Shown here one piece after another: positions 1 through 21,000 of a DNA stretch of 41,540 nt. This DNA is from Sphaeroforma arctica JP610 (Eukaryota). Location: NCBI RefSeq assembly GCF_001186125.1, contig NW_014039943.1, positions 6,671-48,210 on the forward strand. Direction: 5' to 3'. Under the pieces are notes generated by a model. The model made no database searches and was not told the DNA's origin. It was given only the letters and a program-made list of their open reading frames with translations. The position numbers were made by a program, and so were the translations under genes. Every line of letters begins with the position of its first letter. The first letter of the stretch is position 1.

Positions 1-993
1 ATATACATATATATAAATAATATAAATTTTATATATATTATATATATGTTTGTATTATGTACATTGATATATATATATATATAAATATATTTATATATAT
101 ATATTGTGAACACTCATGCAATCTTATGGGGGGAATTGACTGACAAACAGTGTACATACCAGAGAACTCCAACGCTACTTGTTTTTCCAATACTAAGCCA
201 AACGCACATAGCGGTATTTATATAAAGCTTGTGTACATGTACCTAATCCGTGTCCCATTGCGCACTGAGACACGGAGCTGCCACTTTTGATCGAATGATA
301 ACTAGATTGACGACTGATGAAGTGTGAAATGATACTTTTTAAATTTTGAGGGGAATATAAACCACTGCTGAGGTTTTCGCTCCAATTTTTTAAAAATGAC
401 CGTTGAAAAACGCGCAGCAAATCAATTGGAGCTGGAATGCGAGGGAACCCAAATTAAATAGCTTTTTTGGATCAGGTACATTGTGGATGCCAATTGTTTT
501 ACTCAATTACCAGATATTGTTATAAAATACTGTGCAACCGCTCCTGATCGATAATTCATTCTCCGTGCATTATTATAATCGGGACGACGTAACTATACTT
601 CACTTTTGCAGTAGAAAAGTTTCATCTGAAGTCCGAACTGCTTTTTCGTAGCCTCCAAAAAAATATCACTTTTTTCGAAAATTCAAGTTTTTTGCTCTGT
701 ATTGGCATGTCTGTAATTTATTAATCTTAAATTTTTGTTTTTTTTTAGTTAAACGCGCAGCCACAGACAGTCATCATACACGTCTGAGTTTAATTATGTA
801 CAAGTATGTATGGAGAATACTACATTGGATGTATATAAATACGCACGTATGTATGTATGATACATGCCTAATCGAGATACCACCAGCAACGAAAGAGAAG
901 CGTTTAATTTGGCGATAGATGTGAGTTAGACACTTATACGATGCATATACTGCACTTATGAATACTTTAACTTAGGATTAGAACAAGACCAAC

Positions 994-9858
<8,865 letters not shown>

Positions 9859-11131
9859 CTGTGTACGGTCTCTGCATTCACTGTGCCTTTGGCGGTTGCA
9901 ACGTTCGTCTTGGTAGTGGTAGAGTGCTGTGACGGGCTGAGCATGGGACTGTGTGCACCTGTCGCTTATGTACGTGGTACCACGCATGACATTACCAACA
10001 CATGGGATGTATTTACATGTATGCTCTCGGGGATATACGCACTCCAATGAAGCTCATGTGGGTGATCAACCCGCCTCAACGCACTGCGCCTGGACGTTCA
10101 CGCACCTCTTAAACCGCACAGAAGCGGTGTAGGCAAACATGCCCTCGCGTAGTACTGGTGGGACCATCAATGCTACAGTATACAGTTGCGCCCCACTTGC
10201 GCGGTAACCACCAATGGGAGGAGGAAAGTCGGAGGTACATCACCTCTCTAGATAGCTTTGTTATAGTTCTAAACAGGCTAGTCACAAACTTGTGTATATA
10301 AATTTAACTTTAAAAAACGGTGGACTGCCTTTAGTATACACGAGTTGTACAATTGTTAACACGGTCTGACGAGACGTGCGCCAGTCCAGCGGGAATCTAA
10401 CTTACGATATCGATTAGCTGTGTATGCGATTGTGTGGTGGAGATAGTGATAGTTGTGCGTGCGTTCTGGCAGTGGTGTATATGCACACTCTTCAGCAGAC
10501 AACAATATGGTATCTGTGTGTGATGTGCATGTGTGCATTATATTGATACTACAGATCGCCAGTGGACTGGCACCTTCTCACATCACCGTCCAGCTCCTTC
10601 AATTTCCAGCCATTCCAATACATACGGAAGCTGGGTGTGAGTGCTCAGAGTTTCTGGCCGACTGCAACGTGGGCAGTTACATATCACTCAAGTGTGTATA
10701 CCACTCACGTGGTTGAATTGAGACGTCATACTCCGGTTGTACGACCATATAGACGGTAGGATCGGTGTGCAACCGTGACAACATAAATAAGAAATCGGTA
10801 GCACGCATACGACTCGTATCGCTGTTGGATTACAATGCATCTTCCTTTATTGAATCTCATCGTAACTAATTACTTTGTTAAATCGTACGCCGTGTCCATC
10901 ACATACCAACGCAGACGTTTTCCACGCTAGCGTAGACACACGCTTTAACTAGTGCCGCGGCGATGTTCACTCGTGATTACTAATTTCGTTTTCAGTTGAT
11001 TGACCCGTCGATTCATGACGGCCCGAGTGCGTGTTTCCCAGTCGAGCACGCACGTCACATGTTATATAAACATTAATTCCAGCCAAAGACTCGATACCGA
11101 GACCTATAATATACCTTCTCAATACCGCCAT

Positions 11132-13660
11132 CTACATCTCAGTAGTACTTATATACCTGCTATCCTTGAATTTGGTGACCACCCGCAAATCACCCCTGCT
11201 GACTTCATACTTCTCATCGGATTTCCACCTCAAGTACTGATGATTCTTCCATGCGGTTTTTGTTGCATCACTCAATTGCCACTGATGATACTTTTTAAAC
11301 CACTCTTCGTAACTTTTGGGTGCTTGTGTGCTCGAGCACTTCGTTTGCAACACAGCTCCTAATCCGATCACACTTTGCAGATAACCATTTGGTAAAGCAT
11401 CGTAGAGGTCTCTCCCCTGGACTCTGCTCCTTTGCCCATCCGCTTCTGCATCTGTACATCAAAGATAAATACCGCCTCAGACTTGGAAATGCTTCTTACT
11501 TATGTGCCCTGATTCAGAGTTAATTACTGAATATGACAGGCCTGGCTAAGTTCACTGGTGTTCGAGGTTATTGTTTGGCTGCCAAGATAGGATATTAAGC
11601 ACGACAAAATTGTTCTAAAAATATAGATAGCTCTGTTTTGCGAATAAAAGACATCGCATTCTGCATACTTGCGAACAAAAGACATCACATTCCGCATACC
11701 TGTATTCACTTCGATATAGTCTCCGAGTATAGCGGCACCTCCCAGATTCAGCGCATTGATAGCCTTGATTCGATGTCGCAGTTGCTGACCGGTGGGGTCG
11801 CTGGTCACAATAGAGTTCATCCCCACTATGTTATTCATAAACCCTTGCATCAACCCACACGCACATCTGAGGTAAGCGAAATCACTGTTCTCTTTTGTTA
11901 TTGAATGGTTAATCTTGGTCCATTCTCGCTGCTCCGTATCCTTCACCCGATATGTCAGTTCACTCACATCGTCGGCCTTCAACCCAGGCACACCCCAGCC
12001 CTTGAGCATTTTAACTGTGTCGCGCACGTGTTGCTGTAGTTTGCTATTGCCTTTGAGTAGGTAATCATCAGATATTTGCGAGGAGATAGGACTGTAGCCT
12101 GCTGGACTATAGTAGCCCACTGTGCTGGATATTGGCGAATCTTCCCAGTTGGCCATCAGTGCACCCCAAACAATAGTACGCAGGACCTCGCTTTTCAATG
12201 TTTTATTGAACTGCTTGAATTTATTGACAGAGACAAGCCTTTTGCGGTTGACAGTCCTGGTATCCATGCCCCACCTATATAGAAACCAGGGACAAAGGTG
12301 GCGATAAGATTAGAGGATTACATTCTATACTATTAGATTATGTACAGAGACATAGGACTGTACTACACAACTACAGAAAGCGATCATTGCCGTCGAAGTT
12401 TATAGAAATATACATATATAGTTCTTGTTTTCTGCAACATAATATGGAATCCTTCGCAACTGTTCAACCAAGTACGGATGCCGTTGCGCTGCATGTCTTA
12501 TCCTGAAAGTTATGCTAGCACCACTTCTATACACGATGCGTGGTTATGTATCCGCGCAAGCGTGTGTGGCTGTACCAATCATGCTTGTGACCGAAGCAAG
12601 ATTCAAAACAAGAAATACTAGTGAACATATGCAAAAATGTCATACCGTACTGACCCCAGCCACCTGAGCCATTCTGTACATTCTTGATGCCAAGTTTCTG
12701 GAATAAGGTCGGCACCAATCTGTTTATATCCGCGTATGTGAAGCTCTCCTTGTAATGGTAAGTGCTCCACCTGATACGACAAAATGATCATTTCAATATC
12801 ACAATGTCAGTACAATCACAAGTTCGACACGAGAAGTTATGGACATAACCACAACCACTTAAAGTAGTATTAACAGACGTATATGTGGGGTTGTGGATGT
12901 ATTGAGACGGATACATACACTCATGATCGCGTACACATACGTACTCTCTCATTGATTCGACGATGAGATTTAGGCTGAAAGAAAAATCGCGAAGAAGTAA
13001 AACTGGCAAGAAGGAGAAGATTCAAAATCAACTTGTAATCGCCAAAATCTCGTATGTGGAAATGGCAGACATACGCAACCCTCCGTAGAGGGACCATTAA
13101 AGTTATTTCTTTCTTGATATGTGCTAACATACTAGGGTTTCAACGCCCAGGAAGGTGATTTTCTGGAAGCTAAACCGTGTTCATCCTTCATATACAGCGC
13201 ATACAGGCGTAAGGCATTCCAGTAGTCTTTGCCATTCCCCATGGACCACGAGCGATATTCTCCGCATCCACTCATAGTGAGAATGACAGTGTCTCCAGAC
13301 CATCGCAACTTGCCTGCTGCATTTGGCTTGCGCACATTATCTACACAAGCGACCGAAATTAAAAAATCCTCATCCCATGCGATGAGTATAGGTGTGTGTC
13401 CATATGCTTTTCTGTCAGATGCAGCAAAACTCTTGCCTTTGCTAATTTGGATGTTTTGATCGCTACCCCACTCTTTATCATCTCGCTGTTTATATGGAAA
13501 TCCTGTCCACAACATAGCTCGTCCATTTCTAGTTTTAAATTGGTTACTATTCGTTGCCGAGCTGAATATCTTCTTCATTGGCTTTCCGCTCTACTCGCTC
13601 ATGTGCACATGACACTGATAGAAAAGATAATATTATCAGTGCGAATAGCAAGACGCCCAT
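11132..13660 (-). CDS. Unknown Trp-rich, probably secreted multi-exon protein; 5' end frameshifted (possible young pseudogene)
   Basis: Exon A ends at 13133 (TA|gtatgt). Exons 12974-12945, 12770-12651, 12274-11700 and 11451-(11157 or stop at 11132) splice in frame: ...SPSWALKPY-LNLIVESMRE-WSTYHYKESFTYADINRLVPTLFQKLGIKNVQNGSGGWGQ-WGMDTRTVNRKRL...DYIEVNT-DAEADGQRSRVQGRDLYDALPNGYLQSVIGLGAVLQTK. A signal-peptide-like start MGVLLFALIILSFLSVSCA at 13660 is one base out of frame with ORF 13578-13132. No family recognised. Confidence 0.7.
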
Positions 13661-15932
13661 ATTATTGAAAGCTGAACTCGTAGGGTCAGTCCTGTTCATT
13701 TCTCCACGCCCTATATGATCTGAATCTACTGCTGAGCGTTCACAGTCGCAGAAAAAACTACAAACACTGCATCGCTTGATTTATATCGCGAAGCATTTAG
13801 TTGTACGATGAAACTCTGGTTTGTGATTATCTCTTGAAAGATACTGTCACTTCAATCATATATTATATGACATACTTAATGTAATTGACAATACTTCCAC
13901 GGGACAATGGACTTCAAATAAATAGGATGTCAGTCTCGAACAGTGTGTTTAATACCCCATTTCCTGTTTCTAAATTTGGCTATTGTCGCTGTTCAAACAA
14001 TGGAGAATCAACAATAGCACATCATACCGTGACACATTTCTCAGCTAAATATTTAGTTAACGTATCAGTTTATATTTAGGTTTTTCTTGCATACATAATT
14101 ACATACTCACCGAACGACGAACACATGTGACATTTTTGTTTGTTTTGTTTTGTTTTTCGTTTTGTTTTAAAATACAACCAATGAAAATCAATACTATGGA
14201 ATTTTGTATTTTTTATATTCTGTTTTTTTGTTTGTTTATTTCCTATCCGATCAAAATAACTGGTTAATCAATTTCGAGCACTACGAATTAGATTCTTCCG
14301 AAAGGTGATCACTGATCTGAGATCTCTCGTGGAAAAAAAAACATGACAAATGCAATGTTTAATTGTTTATACTTTATACTTTATTGTTTTATGTATGGTA
14401 CAAACTACAATCACTACAATGGTGGTTTATTATATTTTATACTATAATATAATATGCGTAAATCTCTAGAAAGACTATGTGCAATTATAATTACGAACAT
14501 GTATTTTTGTTCTATTTACTCGTGTTTACTGTTTAGCCTCTTGTGACTGGTGACTTGTGACTTGTCAGTTGTCAGGGCTGTCTCTGAGGGCTCAGTCAGT
14601 CTATGACTATAGTATTTATTCAGTATTTATCATTGTATCTGGTAAGACTGGTATCAGGATGACACCCTCTCGGGTTCACAGTTCCGAACTCCTGACTATT
14701 GAGTTCTGACTCCAGATAATTGATACATATAATAGTAAAATATTTAAATTTACATACCTGAGGCTGCCTAAGTGCCTAGTGGCCGAAGGGCGTGAAGCAT
14801 GTGCAAGTGCCGTGACAAAATTTGAAGACATGACATACTTGACATTTCTAGCACCTGGGTGTGACAATTATTAGTCAATAAGTGCATCAGAAGCCTCAAA
14901 ACATCCACAGGTACGTAGTTCATTGTCTGCCTACCGATGTAAATGTTATATGACGCGGATATGTATAAATCAAAATTTGGCCTATAATACGAATCAATCT
15001 GTCTTACCTTTGCATGGAGGATGCATGTACACGCCACCTGATATCCGAAAACCTATCTGCAATTTTGTAGTTGATAAAATAAAGTACCCGTTTAGAACCT
15101 ACCTTCCACCCGTAGGGGACGTAGGTAAGTCAAAGGGTATTGCCCATATTGTTTCGCTGAATAGCTCATTCGTTGCCGAATACAAAATTGTTATATTCAA
15201 GTCTTCTTTTCGTTGTTTCGATATATGTGCTATTATAAGTTCATGAATCGCCGAGAGCATTTTCGCGAGCATTAATCAATTGTGCGCCCACTAGGGCTTT
15301 TCCCTGTGGCAACCTTGTTTCAATATACACCTATGACTTCACGAGCGTCAAAAGATTGAGCTAAGAAATATTACAATTGTTGATTCCCAGATTTTGTGCG
15401 CTGAGATCATTTTGTAAAGGAATTGAGTTGGATATTCCGAAAGTAGGCATTAATGATCGTGATGCTTATAATAACACCGAACGATCATGTTTAATATAAA
15501 TATATTGATTGCCAAGCCTCCTAGTCAAAGAATATAGATAAATACAAAATTGATAAAATAAATATCATGTCCGATAGGGCGATACACAACGCTCTCTTTG
15601 TGATGTGATCTGCTTATCACGTACTATTTTTGACACGAGAGCAGGAAATAGACTCACAAATTTTGAAGGCCAATAACTACTGAATGCATGCACCCAACAT
15701 TTAATATAATAGTCCTACTCGGTAAAAAAAATACAATCTGTACGAACATCACAAACTTAATATTGGCTATAAATGTGCATACCACGATATTTGCTCTTTG
15801 TTGAAGACCCGTACCACAATCGCGCTTTTAGTTGCAAAAGTGCAGATTGGACTGGTATGGGCGACGGTTGCCTGTGGAAATAAACAAGACCAATTCTATT
15901 GTAGTCCGCTCACTCGCACACTCGGTATCAAT

Positions 15933-17432
15933 ATGGATTTTTTTATAAACCAAATACTGACTAGGTTTAGATCGAAAAATATGGAGGCGGAAGGGGTAGA
16001 AATCCGCGCACTGTATGTACAGCAACTTTCAAATATTGCAGATTATATGGAAGAGAGTTTGCGATCAGATACGCAAAGAATCGGTAGGTTGTACTGGTAC
16101 ATACTGCTGGGCATTTGTTTTGACAGTTCTCGTGCGTTCTTAATAGACCAGATTGAAACATCTCACTACAAAGCAGCAATTTCTCTTGCACTTACGGTGA
16201 TTATATATTCTCTGAATCTCAAATATGAAGAGTGTCAAGTTAGGCATGCAAAGGGGATCACAATTAACGAGCACTCCATGGATCGCATCAACACCAGTAA
16301 AGCCGCCGCAAATCACGCCAACTTGCAATATCGCGAGACCGAATCTAGGCTCACTAACGAGGTCAAGCAACTAAATGAGCAGCTGCGCTGTCAACGTGCC
16401 AAATTCGATGCCGATCGGAAATCTCTGCAAGCACAGCGACAAAACCTGGTTAAAGCCGAGTTAGCTGCCAATTCGCAGATCGCAGAATACAATCGGTGTG
16501 TGACCCAAAGCGAGCGCGCTTTGACTGAGCAAAAACAACGGTTGAAAAATGGTAGACTTATCGCAAGCGAACTGCTACAGGGAAACAATGCCATGCGTAA
16601 GTATCATATGAAAAAATGATTTTAATTTACAATGTTTCTTACGAACTAGCCGGATTGAGCTATCAATAAGAACATGAGCAGAGTGTGTCTGTCTATCCGT
16701 ACTTAGAAGTGAGTAGTGCACATATCCGTGGTGCCTCGGACCCCACTCAACTTCTACCCACTCAACATCTACATACTGACTAACACCACGCACATGTACA
16801 CACACGACTTGATATATACAGACTCACAGATTGGCAATCATTCCGCCATTGCACACGTTCAAAGCGTCACTGACAAGGCTCATCCGAAGTTCTTCCCCGA
16901 GCGGATGCAAAATTTTGCCGAGGCGATGTTGCCGCCAATGTTGCGCAACCAGAATGAACTGAAGGTGGTCGATGTCGTAAAACAAATAGAGTATACACTA
17001 AGAGATGCAGTCACAGTGTGCAATTCTATGAAAAAAGCTCTCGAACAGTTTGTGACTATTCTTTGTGCCGATGATCTGCAAGTGAGAGGGCACGTGGTGG
17101 TAACTATTGAGGAGCTGATGTACACCTATTGGCCTAGGCTTGTCGCCTGCCATTGCGACAAAGCTTCATACTACGAGCGTGGATTGTGCGAGGTGATAAA
17201 CGAACACAGAATCGTTTCAACATTCATGCTACGACACAACACCTTCAGGCCTCTTGCGTGGAACTCCATAGGAACCATAGTGCCTTTTGACGAGAAGGTT
17301 TACGCTTATCAGGGAACCGTCCCGAAATACAGTTTGCTCTCTTTGCCATGCAAGGTCATCTTTCCACCATTGTGGGACAAGAACGGTTTATTGCTCAGCA
17401 AAGGCTTCGCGGTGGCGTCCTATCGGAATTGA
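15933..17432 (+). CDS. Putative membrane-anchored coiled-coil protein with MIEAP/SPATA18-like C-terminal motif, ~424 aa, 2 exons
   Basis: Exons 15933-16596 (C|gtaagt) and 16822-17432 (cag|AC) join in frame (1275 nt). Two hydrophobic segments (LYWYILLGICF, AAISLALTVIIYSL), a heptad-rich middle, and the C-terminus VIFPPLWDKNGLLLSKGFAVAS. The family call rests on motif resemblance only. Confidence 0.72.
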
Positions 17433-18073
17433 TCATTAGAGTTCTAAACTGCAGCTCTTTTTGTAGCGGCAGATTACAACTCTTCGAGAGTATCACGCAG
17501 GTATCACCATACAATCGCCTACGTCCGGAATAGCATCGAGAAGAATCATGTAGGGAGCATCAACTTAGGGCCAGGTCACACTGTAAGTCGTACTCGAGGA
17601 GCGAAAAAATCAGCCCCAAACGCTAAGATACTCATTTATAAGCAAAATACGAGTCCGTCTCTAGAGTTTAATATACAGGGGTATAGAAATTCCACATATT
17701 TACAGTTATTTCTCTGCATATCTGCCCAGTCACAAGATTAAATTATCTATCACGGTTTGATGTGATTGTCGTTGCTTTCATTATATATAGGCCCGTTGTG
17801 TCTCCCCCTCCCTCACTCTACCGTGGCTAGAAGCACGTACTCATGCTCTTCATGGACTGAGGCAAATAAATTCACTGAAGGAACCAAGAATAGAATATAC
17901 AGGTAGCATTGGCTACTCTCGCAAATATACAACTATTCAATTGTACGTACGCCAGCAACAATTGTTATCAAGACTTTATTTCCTTCGACAAGGTCACAAG
18001 TACAGTCTACCTCGCCTGAGAATTCTATTTAAGTGTAGAGGTTCAACCCTATTTTAAAAGGTTCGACTCCACT

Positions 18074-21000
18074 CTAGTTGCCGTCAACAATCTTTCTCGC
18101 GGCTGTTAAGATACCAGCCGCAGCGTCGCAGTAAGCATCCAGTACCGCTTTGCCGTCGTTTGGCAACGCTTCGTCGCTGACAACCTCGTAGTAGTAACTG
18201 ATGAAAACAGTGTGGTATGAACATATGCGCATGATAAACATGAATTTGTGAATGTGTAATATTGCAGTCATCGCTGCACTTGTACACACACGTTTGAGTG
18301 TATAGTGCATAGTGGACACGCTAGAGGATGGTGTATATACGAATCGGTGTTGAATTTGTATTGGGGCAAGAACTACAAAAACGTTTGTTGGAAATTGGCA
18401 TCTAGGTAATACATTAAGTTCAAACACTCTGGAATCCCACAAAAAGAAACGGATTCGAAGCTGTCCGTATATCACAACCAACCCACATATCACGCTATAA
18501 TTAAACGATCAATTTGTCGACAAAGACTAGATGCTTACCGGAACTTGGGCTCTGTTCCAGACGCTCGAAGCAAGATCCAACTGCGATCGGCAAAGATGAC
18601 CTTTAAGCCGTCAATAATGTTGATGGAGGTGATCTCCTTTGCCTTGCCATCGATTGTGACGCTGTCTCCCATTTTGTACAGTTTGTGCTGTGGGATACAG
18701 ATACGAGAGAGCCAACGACAGAGGTCAGGACTCAGTTTATATAACCTGATTATACAGTAGCTTATTAGATCCCGCGTTTACAATACTTCAACCTACTAGA
18801 CCAGATTTACACAGCCATTGGCCTGCCCACAGTGTGACTGCCTACACACGCACACACACATTGAGTTCATTCCCAGCAGTTTGGCCAAACTAACACCCAC
18901 GCACATACCTGGAGAGCCTGCATAACCTGGGCCTTGTATGCCTGCCAAGCCTCCACACTCACACCCTTGACATCAGCACCGGCCTTGTCTGGGTAGAAGT
19001 AGCCGTACTTCTTCTGTAATTCCGTGTACTGTTCAGAGAGATTCTTGCCTGCAGCGATGGAGGAGACGGGTGAGTGGACTGTCATTTGCTGATGTTTTGT
19101 GTATATGCACGTGCACACACACATATATTTGGCACACACACACACACAGAGGTATATATATATATATACACCAGCTCTATGGGTTTATCAACATCTGCAC
19201 GCCCTAAAAATTCCAATCGTGGTAGTAATTTGGAGTGCACAGCACATTAGACATTGTATTCTAACACACGCAAGCCTCAGGACACCTTTCAGGATATCGA
19301 CAAGAAGTGCTGTGTGCGAGACTAATACAGACTATGAATAGCCCACGACAGCATCAGCAACACGCACGCATACAGCAACTAATGAACGAAGCGTACGAGA
19401 GAGCAAGAGCATATATACTCAATATGGTGCAGTATGAGAGCTCGTATGATGCATACGGTAGAGTAGGAGAGCTTGTATAGCGAGCACGGTACAGTAAGAG
19501 CACTTGTATAGCGAACACGGTACGGAAAGAGACCTTGTATGGTGAATAAGACTCACCTGTAAGCACAAGTGTGTTGATAGCCATAATGCACCCAGCCATA
19601 GCACACTTATCCAGGGTGTGGCCGGCAAATGAAATGCCGTCGCTCTCCTCAAAGCACTCGATCACACCACCGCTGTTGAGGGATGGGCGGAACTCCTTAA
19701 ACCCTACAGCCAACTCGTCTACACGCTGCCCATTCTTCTTCGCAATCTCAAGTGCGAAGTCACTGTATTCGTACAGAGTGCGGGACAGATGTGGGGACGA
19801 GGGTTTTCGTGTTGGTTGTGAGCTATGTGTATGATATGTGCGTGCATATCTGTATGTGTACACACATAACACACATATAAGACAACAAAAAAATATACAT
19901 ATAAGACATATAAGACAACAAACACAAATGTGTGTGTGCACGATGCATCCCAATAAACCCTTTACCTGTCATGTCATTCCCTACAGAAATCCATACAAAC
20001 ATAACTACGCCCATACACACACACATGTGCGATCCATCCCAAAAGACTTCGCAACCACTCACCTGGATGGGGCGGTAGATGCAATGCCTCCCTTCTTAAC
20101 GTGTTCAAGAATGCATCCGTATGCAATGGCTCCGAAGCGGTTCATATCAACGTCCATGTGTGCGTCTCCGAAGCGTGCACGATCGGCATCGGGGTCGAGC
20201 GCAGCACACAGCGTGTACTTCCTGTTGGCGGCCTGGAGCTTTTTGATGAGGGGTGCCTGTGTGTGTATGTGTGTGTGGAAGTGTATATGTATACGTGTAT
20301 GTATGTGATTGAGTACAGATATACGTGCGTGATTTGCGTATAGGAGGGTACGTGGTCACTGAGAGTGCGTATAGAATACATAATAGCGTGTGGTGGAATC
20401 ATAACGCTCCTGTCACTACCCCTGATCTCTGTGCCCAAGCCCTATCTCACTGTAACCATAGCAACACAACGGACTAACTCTGCTCAAACAATCAAACAGT
20501 GCATACTGCTGGAAGCTCACGTAAGTGTATGCATAGACAATCCATCAACGCCCTCTGGCCTCCTATAAACCCAAGCTAAGTACTTAGTACCTACACTGTA
20601 CGCCAACCAGCTAGGGACCCTACACCTACCACTCCCACTGATTCACACACACCACACAGACTTGGATCGTTCATAAACCCAACACGGACACGTACATTGT
20701 CCTTAAACCCAACACGGACACGTACATTGTCCTTAAACCCAACACAGACACCTACATTGTCCCTAAACCCAACATAAGACACCTACATTGTCCTTATACC
20801 CAAAAAATTCACCTACATTGTCCTTAAACTCAACACAAGACACCTACATTGTTCTTGGCACTGGGCTCGGGTTTAACGCCGTGGAACGAGTAGTCCGTAT
20901 CGGTGTTCATGAACTTCAGAGCACCCGCATCCTTCAGCTCCTGCGTAAGCCCATCGCCCAGAGACGCCTCCAGATACCCGCGGGAAGATCCGTGCATGTT

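Noticed and set aside
193..420. Minus-strand 75-aa ORF as an exon of a divergent gene
   Set aside because: A donor-like site exists, but there is an upstream in-frame TAA and no recognisable domain; it cannot be supported within this window.
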